Shown in pieces: positions 19,304 through 29,500 of a stretch of 64,000 bases of DNA. The notes beneath the pieces are model-generated. The model was not told the DNA's origin, ran no database searches, and was given only the letters and a program-made list of their open reading frames with translations. Source of the stretch: Perkinsela sp. CCAP 1560/9 (lineage: Eukaryota > Protista > Euglenozoa: Kinetoplastea); contig CBFFSA010000011.1 of the NCBI GenBank assembly GCA_965644495.1, positions 1 to 64,000 on the forward strand, written 5' to 3'. Within the stretch, counting starts at the first letter, position 1. Every line of letters begins with the position of its first letter. A program made the translations under genes and the position numbers.

Positions 19304-21016
19304 ATGTACCGTCGCTGTCTCCGTCTCCTCAACCTCCCACCCGCCCCCAAGAACGTCTCCCAAGGTCTCTCCCTCCTCAACCCACGTCCCCCCACCCCCT
19401 CCTCCCCTCTCCCCTCCCCCACCTCTTCCCTTATCCTCCCCCCCTCCACCCACCATTCCCACCACCACGACACCCCCCACCCCCCCCACCCCCCCCGCCG
19501 CTGGGTCCGCCGCCCCGACGAGTCCTGCATCCTCCACACCCGCCGCCTCAGCGACACCCTCCCCCACTACCTGGTCACCTACAAGTTCGCCGACCCCCAC
19601 TGGTCCCCCCTCCTCGCGCTCCCCGCCCACGACCCCGCGGGGCTCGAGACCCGCGCCCGCCACATCGCCTGGGCCCTCCGCCACCTCTCCGAGTTCGGCC
19701 ACGCGCTGTGGGTCACGACGGGGACCCACCACACGGTGCTGCGGCCGTATGGGGTGGTCGAGCGCAGCTACGTCGCGTGTACCCACGAGAGGGGGAACTG
19801 CCAGCGGCTGCAGTGTTACATACGGCATGAGGGGGTGGTGGGGGGGAGAGAGGGGGAAGCCCCGGAACGTGGCCTGGTGGCGGTGTCGGAGATCCGTACG
19901 TTGAGTCGGGCGTTTGACCGGATGGAGATGAGTGTTCGACGCTCGCGACGGGCGGGGGGGATGTCCGCGGCGCTGGGGGCGTTGACGTTGCGGTTGCTGC
20001 GGCCGGAGGTGGTGGGGAAGAGAACCCAGGAGGAGGTGACGTTGCTGGCCCCGCACACGCAGGTGGTGGCGGGGGGGATCAATGCGCGGTGTTTGGCGAG
20101 TGGGTGGAATTTTTGTCACCACCCGACGTTGTATCTTCACCCGATGGAGGTTCCCCCGGTGGTGGGGCTGGATAGTTTTGTCCAGGCGGCGTATCATACC
20201 GCGGTGACCACGAATGGGTTGGTGGCCCCCGGGGAGAAGCTGCTGTGTCTAGCCTTTGGCGTCGAGAGCTCGTTTCCGTATTGTCCGTTGGAGGCAGAGC
20301 TCCCGTATACGGTGGTACAGTCCCGCCCGCTGGTCTACCCCCCAGGACAGGAGATCCCGGAAGGGACCGGGATGGGTACCCCAGTGCTGGGTGGGGCTCC
20401 GATACAGTTCTACCGCGGGAGTCTACTCGTGGGATTTTCTCAATACGTTGAGCACCAGGAGGAGGTCCCGGCGGAGCGAGCGATGCACTGGTGGAGTCAG
20501 AAACGTGAGACACCGTTTTATATCCACATGTTTTTTACCCGTGAGGCCCACGCGGACGCGTTGCATCTGACGAACGACACCCACGTGAACCCGTTTGATG
20601 AGCAAAGCCCCGAGAGCTCTCCGAATGCGTTGCAGCGCTCCAAGCAGCGGCTGCGGCAGGCGGTGTGGAGAAGAGTAGAGGAGTTTGGGGAGGACCCATG
20701 GGGGGACTCGGATAAGGAGTACGTGCAGCTGCCCGGGGAGCCCGTGCAGGACACCGAGCCCTTCCTCGCGATGGGATCCTCCGTGCGTAAGCCCCCGGAG
20801 GGGGAGGGGAGCGGGGTGCCGGGGATTGGCACAATGGATACTGAGCAAGGAGCTGTGGGGCTCACCACCGAGGAGAGCGCAAGAGGGGTGGAGGCTGCCG
20901 TGGTGACCTTAGAGACAGCTTTGTTGGAAGGGGGTGAGGGTTCAGCCGTGAAGAGGCTAGAGGGAGGGACCGGACTGGAAAATAAGGAGGATAGGAAGGG
21001 TGAGGATTTGTCGTGA
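19304..21016 (+). CDS. Hypothetical protein, possibly mitochondrial
   Basis: 570-aa ORF, MYRRCLRLL presequence-like start, acidic tail; family not recognised. Confidence 0.7.
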   Translation: MYRRCLRLLNLPPAPKNVSQGLSLLNPRPPTPSSPLPSPTSSLILPPSTHHSHHHDTPHPPHPPRRWVRRPDESCILHTRRLSDTLPHYLVTYKFADPHWSPLLALPAHDPAGLETRARHIAWALRHLSEFGHALWVTTGTHHTVLRPYGVVERSYVACTHERGNCQRLQCYIRHEGVVGGREGEAPERGLVAVSEIRTLSRAFDRMEMSVRRSRRAGGMSAALGALTLRLLRPEVVGKRTQEEVTLLAPHTQVVAGGINARCLASGWNFCHHPTLYLHPMEVPPVVGLDSFVQAAYHTAVTTNGLVAPGEKLLCLAFGVESSFPYCPLEAELPYTVVQSRPLVYPPGQEIPEGTGMGTPVLGGAPIQFYRGSLLVGFSQYVEHQEEVPAERAMHWWSQKRETPFYIHMFFTREAHADALHLTNDTHVNPFDEQSPESSPNALQRSKQRLRQAVWRRVEEFGEDPWGDSDKEYVQLPGEPVQDTEPFLAMGSSVRKPPEGEGSGVPGIGTMDTEQGAVGLTTEESARGVEAAVVTLETALLEGGEGSAVKRLEGGTGLENKEDRKGEDLS

Positions 21017-21164
21017 CGGTCGGAAGAATAGAGTTTGTTCGTGTATTTTGTGTTTGTCTTGTAGATCATTAGTTTATCATCGCACAGTGTCGCATACGAA
21101 TACATGCATTTTACGACTTGTAACTTTTTTAGAGTTCTCACTAGACTCTTGTTTTTAGTGTTTT

Positions 21165-21860
21165 ATGCCAAAACTATTTTGGGCTGATTCCATCACGCTA
21201 GAAGAGAACGTAACTAAAAAATCGAATGATCGCAAGGCCAGCGGTTCATTGGAGGTAGTTGTTCCCTCTATGATGCGTGTCGTAGTCTGTCATGCGGCGC
21301 TGTCGCACAGCAAAATTTCGCCTTTGCCGGACGGCAGGATCGCTTTATACGTTGCGGGATACGCCATTGGCCATTTGATCCCCTCTCGAGCGCTACACAC
21401 CGATTTATCACTATCCATTGGACCGAGCGAACAGCTCACCCTTACGGCAAAAACCCACGGTGGGCTATCGCCAACAAACTTTCGTACCATTGATTTAATT
21501 GGGTATATGATAACTGTGCGTTCTTCAATTCCGCGAGTACGTTCTTTGCACATGCGAAAAACGCGAAAAGGGACACTAAGCGAGAACACGGCAGATTCGC
21601 ACACTCTGGAAGAGAATTCAGATGATTTGGATACGATCAGTGTAGACTCTGTGTCTATTCATGGCGTGCAATACTATCAAGAACGGTGTACCAACCGCTT
21701 ATTCTCGCACAGTAAAACTTCCGCAGATTATGTAGGCGAGTACAATGCAAGGCATCACGCCATCTTGTACACAAATGCGTCAGAACCTCACCAGAATATC
21801 CAAAGAGCAGAGAAAAGGAGAAGGGAAACCTCAGAAGAGGATGATGATACAGTCATCTAA
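21165..21860 (+). CDS. Nucleoplasmin-like (NPL) domain protein
   Basis: LFW...HAAL...LYV..AIGHL...LSL.I...LTL...IDLIGY pattern followed by acidic and basic tracts. Confidence 0.6.
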   Translation: MPKLFWADSITLEENVTKKSNDRKASGSLEVVVPSMMRVVVCHAALSHSKISPLPDGRIALYVAGYAIGHLIPSRALHTDLSLSIGPSEQLTLTAKTHGGLSPTNFRTIDLIGYMITVRSSIPRVRSLHMRKTRKGTLSENTADSHTLEENSDDLDTISVDSVSIHGVQYYQERCTNRLFSHSKTSADYVGEYNARHHAILYTNASEPHQNIQRAEKRRRETSEEDDDTVI

Positions 21861-22207
21861 AATAATACTAAATAGTACTAAATAATAAAATCGTATATCT
21901 AGCAGATCCTTCAACCGTTTCGAACGTGATTTTTTACGGCGATTATACCCATTCATTCTATTAACTGATAGTAATGTTCGTCGTTTTATGCGTGACTATA
22001 TAGACGCATAATGTTTTGTCCTTATTTTAATTGGAGGCACGGTGTAATAGTATGGCGTTTCATTCTTTGCGCACCCTCCCCTAGTACACTTTCCTTCTAC
22101 CCTTTGCTAAAGTCATACGCGGTGACCTATTCCTACGTTTTTTCCATGAGATGAATGGGCGGGACATTTGAATATTCAGTTTTTATATAAATTTTCTTTT
22201 TACGAAA

Positions 22208-22462
22208 ATGAGTCGTTGGGTATCACTTCGCGATCGCATTAGTGAGTATGGACAACGCGTATTCTCAGAGTATTATAGCGTGGTTTCTCCCTTACTGATG
22301 CTATTGGCGTGTGCTGCGGCCGTGTCCATGCACACGCACGATATGGAGAAGGAAGGTATGTTATGGTTGCACTACACCTCTTTGAGTGAAGAAGAGCGAT
22401 CAACACAGTTTCCCAACTCTGAGAAAGACGGCATTCAAAAAAGAAGTGATGTAAACGCATAG
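22208..22462 (+). CDS. Small single-pass membrane protein
   Basis: 84 aa with one hydrophobic segment, on cluster strand. Confidence 0.5.
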   Translation: MSRWVSLRDRISEYGQRVFSEYYSVVSPLLMLLACAAAVSMHTHDMEKEGMLWLHYTSLSEEERSTQFPNSEKDGIQKRSDVNA

Positions 22463-22839
22463 TCAGATTTCTAAGTAATTTTCTCTTAACACCCCAGAAA
22501 AGGGATAACGAATAGAACACGTGTATGGTCCGCTATCCATTCAAAAAAGAAACATCTGTGTGTTATTTTTTACGATATTGTAACGGCAACTTAACCTCCG
22601 CACTCTGATTCCTCGCTTATTTATATTCATTAGGATTCAATCCTTCAAGGGGAAACTGCTGCAACTTATTTTCAAGTAGTTTCTCTTCTTAACAACTACA
22701 ATACCCATGAACACCACAGCCTTATTGTCGTTCTACGCATGATTTGCTTTTGTTTTATATTCATTGTATTATGTCAAGATTTGTATCAACACTATTAGGC
22801 GCAACCATTATTTTTACCCCGAAGTTACTTTTCAAGCGT

Positions 22840-23415
22840 ATGCCTCTTCGTCGTGCCACCTTTGCGGATCTTGTTGACATACAACAAACCAACCTGAAGT
22901 GTCTCCCAGAGAACTACCCCCTGCGGTACTACTTCTACCACTACCTTAGTTGGCCTCACCTTCTTTGGGTTGAGACGGACTACAATGGTAAAATCGTAGG
23001 CTACGTGTTGGCGAAGATGGAAGAAGACACCGACGACGGGAGTCCTCGACGAACTTCACTCTCCGAGCCCAGTGAAGAGGTATCGAGTACGCACGGGCAC
23101 GTCACCAGTCTAGCCGTTTTACACAGCCAGCGAAGGTTGGGTATTGCCACAGAACTGATGCGCGCCGTACAGGAGAGCATGTCGAGTCTTTATGATGCTG
23201 ATTATGTGGCGCTTCATGTGAGGGTGAGCAACCGAGCAGCACTGCGGCTGTACCAGGACACGCTCGGGTTCCGCGTGAAGGACGTTGAAAAACACTATTA
23301 TGCGGATCAAGAAGATGCATACGAGATGCGAAAATGGTTCCAGTCGTACGCCAGGCACCGTGCGGGACAAATGCGATATGCCACGGACGATGGGAGGCTT
23401 ATTCCTGTCACGTAA
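22840..23415 (+). CDS. NAA10: N-terminal acetyltransferase A catalytic subunit
   Basis: NLKCLPENY, LSWP, IVGYVLAKMEED, HGHVTSLAV, RRLGIA, LHVRVSN.AA, YYAD.EDAY.M. Confidence 0.95.
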   Translation: MPLRRATFADLVDIQQTNLKCLPENYPLRYYFYHYLSWPHLLWVETDYNGKIVGYVLAKMEEDTDDGSPRRTSLSEPSEEVSSTHGHVTSLAVLHSQRRLGIATELMRAVQESMSSLYDADYVALHVRVSNRAALRLYQDTLGFRVKDVEKHYYADQEDAYEMRKWFQSYARHRAGQMRYATDDGRLIPVT

Positions 23416-23945
23416 TATCACAGATATGAATGAATAAGTACACGGGCGATGGGGGGCTTCGTCTATCATTAACGATGTTTTGTTATTGTTCACAATAGAC
23501 AGGCTTTCATACAGTACGCCCTATTTTCCATTTTCAGTACTATGCTTCTCCCCCTATTTAGTGTTTAATTTTGAGCTTCGTAGACATTGGCGCGGCGAAG
23601 CGGCGCCGAATTAATTTTAATAAGATTGAATTTTCAAAATTCTATTCAAATATGATTCAATTTTGCCTAAACAAATTGATCCATCCGAAATAGAAGTGGA
23701 AAAGTTTGCCTTTCTTTGATTTCTTTTTCCTAACGTCGATTGAATCTCCTTCTGTCCCATACAGGTCACGACAACAGCCCCCTCAAATTGGGTAATTGAC
23801 GAACCAGATCCCTTCAATTGTTGATGTGCGTCCGCCCTCCAGGAAGCTTTGCCCCACACAAAGGTCAGTCTTTCAATGGAGAGTAGGCAGTCTTTCAATG
23901 TAGGCAGCAACGCACTGTAACATGTTTCGAAAGTGAGTTGCCAAG

Positions 23946-24545
23946 CTAGCTCTGGATCACTGCGTACGCTTCCGATTTTAACACATTGAGTGCAATATTG
24001 CGCTTGAGATCTTGAGCTGACGCACCGAAATTATAGTGCTCGCGCTCGGTCCAGTCTTTTATATTTCGGTACACACGCTCAGCATGGTTGGTATGATATC
24101 CATGCAGTTCAACGAACTCCTTCGAATGGTTCACCGCAAAGTACCGACATAACTCCTCCTTACCGAAGTACCTACGCCACGAATCAGTCACGCTCAAGGA
24201 CCGCGCACCCGCCAAGTGCGGAAGCTTCCAATGCGTCCGCCCCATTCGTCTTCCCTTAACCTCCCTTAACCTCGACTATGGTCACAAACCAATGTCCGCC
24301 GTTTTAGGGGCGCCTTCCTCGGTGGTATTTACGTTTCCCAACAAAGGTTTCATCGACCTGAAGACGAGAAAATGTGTAAACCGTTTCTTCTTTGTGTAGT
24401 GCTGCGTTACCTAAAGTGCATAGCATTTTTGTGACTCCCTTGTGCCGACTCAAAACGGGTTCTTGCAATTTGACCAGCTGTCAAATTGTCGGCAATATCT
24501 GCCCAAACTTGAAGCAAGCTTCCCACGTCAATGCCCATTCGAATA
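23946..24545 (-). pseudogene. Merlin (IS1016/IS1595-like) DDE transposase relic
   Basis: LQVDETFVGKRKYHRGR (24363-24313), stop and frameshifts, then VTDSWRRY, VNHSKEFV, HTNHAE...K. Confidence 0.85.
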
Positions 24546-24671
24546 GACACGTAAGGTTATCGCATCCTGATAAAATGAGGGAACCGGGAATCGAACCTGC
24601 AAATCGACCATAGGGGGGAGCTGGACCCCATTTTCTTACCCTCCTGGATCCACCCTACCCCGGACACAATA

Positions 24672-24720
24672 AAGGAGGGAGAGGCGGAGGTTGTAAACAA
24701 CCCCCGCAATAAGCGACCCT
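24672..24720 (+). repeat. Variant 3' terminus of the hairpin-ended family
   Basis: GAGGGAGAG-GCGGAGGTTG-TAAA-CAACCCCCGC-AATAAG versus GAGGGTAGA-GCGGTAGTT-(T/A)TAC-AACCACCGC-AAT. Confidence 0.55.
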
Positions 24721-24776
24721 CTATACAATTTGTACAGCCCTTTATGGGAGCCCTGTATACTCAAAGTTTTAGTAGT

Positions 24777-24868
24777 AGAATGCTCGAAGAATTTTTAACA
24801 ATAAACGAACCCTTTATACAGCCCTTTATACGAGCCCTGTACTAAAATTGTACCAATAGCAATACTAC
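24777..24868 (+). repeat. Second copy of the 7603-7720 dispersed repeat
   Basis: Direct sequence similarity. Confidence 0.8.
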
Positions 24869-24969
24869 TACTGTGCTCCCCCCACTTATATTGCCGCGGG
24901 GTACCCCTCACTTATAGTGCAGTTTTGAAAAAAAAATGTCCGAAAAAAATTTGACCTGTCCGAAAAAAA

Positions 24970-24985
24970 TTTCTGTACCTTGTTG
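24970..24985 (+). other. Spliced-leader exon 3' remnant at the retrotransposon 5' end
   Basis: TTTCTGTACCTTGTTG, identical to 13667-13682 and similar to kinetoplastid SL CAGTTTCTGTACTWTATTG. Confidence 0.8.
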
Positions 24986-25031
24986 AATCCTTTTTCTTTT
25001 CTCTACCTCTACTCTTCTCTCCCCCCGATAC

Positions 25032-26564
25032 ATGCCCACGACACGACGTCGACGAGGCTACCGGGGGCGCAAGGATTCACCCGGTGGGCCCGATTCCCCA
25101 CCTACCTCGACCTCAGGGGGACGCTCTACCACCCCTCTCAGGCGAGGTTCTAGCCCCCACTTCTCCACCGAGACTGTGGGGCTACACCAGCTCTCTATCG
25201 AGGAGCTGAAGAAGGCGAGGCCGGACCTTGAAGTCCGTGCAAAGACCCCTGTCAAGTCCCGCGCGTGCGACTTCTGTGGCCTCCCCTTTGTGCCCGCCAG
25301 GCGGGATATGTGCTTTTGTGATGCGTGCATTTCCCTTCGAGCGCAGCACAGAAAAGACCTTCGCGCGCGTGCGAAGACGCAAACCCCCGGGATCCCTCCT
25401 CCCCTCTCTGCTTCTTCTCCTAGGTCCTCTCGACACCGGTCGGTAACCCGAAGACCCCCGCGCTCCATCTCTCCTCGGAGCCGCTCCCGGAACAGAGCTC
25501 GCACCCCTCAGGCGAATGCTCCTGCTCCGATCCTGAAGAAAGCGTCAAACGTCTCCTTTGCACCTTTCCCCCAGGCAGACCTCTCCTCTAAGCCCTTCTC
25601 CACCGTCACCCGCATGGGCGGTGGTGACACTGTGGCCCGAGACGAAATGGACAGCGACGGCCCGCCACCCGGTGAGCGGTCGTTACCCCTACCCACAATG
25701 GCACAGCAGTTCAAATCCATGGACGCTGTCCGCCTCAAGCTCCTTCCTGCCCGAACCGGCTCAAATCGCTTTTCCGCGGAGACAGGAAGATGCGCAGTCA
25801 CCTTATGGCTGGCTGTGACCCTCAGCGCCGAACACGACGTAACATCAATGATGGAGAAAGAGGCCCGTGAACGTCGGGCCCTTACACTCGAAGCCGTTTG
25901 GACGCTGCACGACACCCACAAGTCCATCGAGGAGCGAATCTACCTCATTAATGAAGGGTGTTTGGTTTGCTCCGAATGCGGCATTACGCAGCCGCATATT
26001 GTCGCCCTCCAGGCGCATCGCATCAAGGTGCACGGGCCGAAACGCCTAAGGGCTGCGTCACGGGCCCTGCTTCGGGAACACGCCCCGGAAGCGCTCAGGA
26101 TCAAGGCCGATCGCTTCTCCTCCTTCATGGCTCTATATGAGGAGTTCTGCACGATGGAGGCCCACCTCCAAAGGGCACAGGCGAGTGCGATGGCTGGCGG
26201 CCCACCCTGGCCCCAGCCCACTTTTCGTTCTCCCCCTCATCCCACACCTTTCCCCGGGATAGCGACGAAGCTAATCCCCTCGCAGGCTACACCTGCACCG
26301 CCAACCAATCCCCTGGTCGACTCTGTTTCAGAGCCCTTCAAGATCCTACTCGATCTCGGGCCGGAGCGGGCCGGATATGCCACTATCCCCTGCCCCCCGG
26401 ACTCCTCTTTCCAGCACAGTGGGGAACACTTTAGGGGTCCCTGGGGAAAATCTCCTCCTCAAAGACAGCGCTGGCGAAACCACCCCTATCACAGATCGGG
26501 AGGGCCTAGATCGCGCTCAACGAGTAGCGGTCAGCCTGTCCCTACCTCCGTACAACCCCCGTAA
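25032..26564 (+). CDS. Retrotransposon ORF1 (basic, C4 and C2H2 zinc fingers)
   Basis: CDFC-x12-FCDAC; CSEC-x12-H-x4-H; R/S/P-rich. Confidence 0.75.
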   Translation: MPTTRRRRGYRGRKDSPGGPDSPPTSTSGGRSTTPLRRGSSPHFSTETVGLHQLSIEELKKARPDLEVRAKTPVKSRACDFCGLPFVPARRDMCFCDACISLRAQHRKDLRARAKTQTPGIPPPLSASSPRSSRHRSVTRRPPRSISPRSRSRNRARTPQANAPAPILKKASNVSFAPFPQADLSSKPFSTVTRMGGGDTVARDEMDSDGPPPGERSLPLPTMAQQFKSMDAVRLKLLPARTGSNRFSAETGRCAVTLWLAVTLSAEHDVTSMMEKEARERRALTLEAVWTLHDTHKSIEERIYLINEGCLVCSECGITQPHIVALQAHRIKVHGPKRLRAASRALLREHAPEALRIKADRFSSFMALYEEFCTMEAHLQRAQASAMAGGPPWPQPTFRSPPHPTPFPGIATKLIPSQATPAPPTNPLVDSVSEPFKILLDLGPERAGYATIPCPPDSSFQHSGEHFRGPWGKSPPQRQRWRNHPYHRSGGPRSRSTSSGQPVPTSVQPP

Positions 26565-29500
26565 CAACGAGGCGGCCGTTATTTGGGTGTACGATGGATC
26601 CATGCACGGGTTCATTAACGCCCCCGGACTACAGGCGGCCCACAACATCCCGGCCGGTCTGAGTGAGATTCTCGGTATTCCCCCAGTGCTGACTGGAGCT
26701 TGGAAACCTCGTGAATACGAGGAGGGTGTGCTATGGTGTTTCCTCCCTACAGAAACCCTAGTCAGCGAAACGGGATGGACCACTCGGGTTGTCAAATGCA
26801 ATCTACGCAGGGGATGCATCGAGGCAAACCCTGGCCCCAGACACCAGAACCGAGGGTCGCTGGCCTCATCCGCCCCCCAGCCCCGGCAGGCACCGAGCGA
26901 GACTCCGAGTGCCCTCCTCCAGGAGCCCGACACCCCTTCCCCCAGCAGGGAAGGAACTATCATGGAAGGAATCGCGGCTGTGACCTCACCGCAACACCCT
27001 CCTCTCCATGCATCTTCCTCCCATGCTCCGCCTCCGTACTCCCACCGCGCAGGGCCGGACCCCCCCGACATGGCCCCCAGCGCCACGCCCCCTCATACCC
27101 AAGGCGCGGTCACTGAGCAGGGTAAAGTCACGCCTTCCCCGGACAGCCTAGCCCAGCTCCTCGATAGGGGCTCACTACGTAAACTGTACGCAGTCCAATG
27201 CCCCGCGTGGAAAGACTACATTAAGTCTATCTTTTGTTTGTTTATCATGCGCTCTTTGGCGCAGAGATAATCCTCTTAATGCGACGGCCGATATCATCGG
27301 CACATAATCCGCCCACAACGGATGTCGCCAAAGGGGGTTCGACACGGACTCGGTCGGTAGAGGGGGTCCAGGCAACTCGCCCTCTCTTTACGCAGCCGGA
27401 GGGGCGTACTGCAACCGACTCGGTCCCAGTCGGTAGAGGTGGTCCAGGCAACTCACCATCTCTTTACGCAGCCGGAGGGGCGCACTGCAACCGACCGCTG
27501 CCTTGCGATAATGCGAGGCAGAGTCACGCCCAGTGGTCCTCAAGGGAGGCCACCATGGCGCATAGCTCCCGGGAAGAGACAGGCGCGAGAAGAAAAAAGC
27601 CGGGGAGGGAAGAAAACTCACTCAAGGAGTGAGCCGGGGAGGGGTGAAAAGTCGGAAGTACGTCCCCTACTTCCACGACAAAGAGGGACAGTCCCTGCTA
27701 GCCGTCAGCCGGAAACGGGCATTTAAAAGGAAAATGTATGCCCGTTTACGGGAAAAGAAAGGAAGGGCTAGCAAAATGTACCAACAAGGTACAGAAACTG
27801 TATCTTTATAGCGACTTCTTTGTAGCGACTTCTTGGGGAAGTCGCAGGAAGGGAAGACCAAAATCGCCTGGGATCTTCTTCTCGGGGTTAAACGGTTCCT
27901 GTTTTTCCCTGAGGACAAGCTGTCCCAGAGGCAGTTGGCGAGGGAGCTACGGAAACGGGCTCACCTAGAGGGGTCCGAATCCATCGCTCCAAATCCCCTC
28001 CTCACCAACAGCTTCCCCCGTTCTGTTATCAAACGGGTTACCGAGCTGATCCGGGCGGGGGCTTTCTCGAGGGCGGCTAAAATTCTGGAAGCCCCCCTCG
28101 ACCCGCCGGCAAACCCGGCTACAGCGGGGGAACAGGTGAAACGCCTCCACCCTACGGGAGGTCCTTATAACACCCCCAAGTTCGTTTATGAAAAGGAATG
28201 TCATGGACCCCTCCCGTCGGCGGCAGACGTTGTCCGTAAGGCAACTAGCCTTGCGCCGCTTAGAGCGCCAGGCCCGTCCGGATGGACCAAAGAACTCCTG
28301 GTCCCCATCCTCCAGGAGGATGACCCGAGGGACGTGGTCACTTGGATCATCCAAGGGATCCTCACGAACTCCCTCCCTCCCACGATGAGGGATTTCCTCA
28401 CGGGAGCCAACCTCAAGCTCTTTAACAAGCCTGGGGCCCCTGTGGGACATCACTCCTCATACAGGCCCATTGCCATGGGGGAGGTCATCCTGAAGCTCGC
28501 GGGTCTTCTAGCCCTTGAACAGGTCAGAGACCACCTCCCTGCTGTGTTTCAGGGCCTCCAATTCGGAGCCCAATACACGCAAGGATGCGAGCACGTCGTG
28601 TATGAAGTGAGAGATCACTTCCGCGACAGACCCGATGAGGTGATCGTGGCGGTCGACCTGGAAAATGCTTTTAACAGCATTTCCCGCGCGGCCATTTTCC
28701 GAGCCTTGAAAAGGTACCCGAACCTTTCCCCTATGCTCGGGATCTCCCTTTTCGGGTACGGGACCCCTAGCAAGCTCCACCTGGGGGAGGGGATTGCCAT
28801 CCCTAGCTCCCGGGGGGTGAAACAAGGGGACCCGATGGCGCCCATCCTGTTTGCCTTAGGGATTCAGGGGGCCATCTCGGCCGTGGCGCCAAAATACTCT
28901 GGCTGCCTAAAGCTATGGGCATATCTGGATGATATAACCTTAGCCGCGGAGCCCGGGGTGTGCGTAAAGGCCCTTGGCTCCATGGAAGCGGAGATCAAGT
29001 TTTTGGGCTTAAAACTCAACTTAAAGCCTCAAGTGCATGGTGGCTACTCGGCACCCGGACTTGTACTCGGTCTTCTCGGGGAGCAGGATGCAACATGCTC
29101 CGGGGGGGTTCAAGCTTCTGGGGGCGTATATTGGCGCCACGGAAGCGTTTGAAGAGGAATGGGTCCTATCGAAGGTTCCCAAGGTCACAAACTTCTTGGG
29201 TAAGCTGAAGGACTTACCCAGGCAGTGCGCCCTTCCCCTTCTTCGCCTATGCGGGAGCCCCCGGTGGAACTACATAGTTCGTACGCATGAACCGGGGGTG
29301 ACCAAAAAGGCAAACCTTCAGGTAGACGCGGCCATCACCGCATGCTCCGAAACCTTAATCGGGGGGATGGGTGCAATAGGAACGACGCCGTTCGCAAACA
29401 AACTTTTTACGGCGGACTTCCTGGGCACCATCCCCTTCGAAGACAAGGCGGAGGACATGCAGGCCAAAGCCGTCAAGGCCTTACAAGGCCGACCCCCTGG

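Noticed and set aside
24570-24660. tRNA gene on - strand (GGTTCGATTCC)
   Set aside because: No acceptor stem, D arm or anticodon arm could be folded
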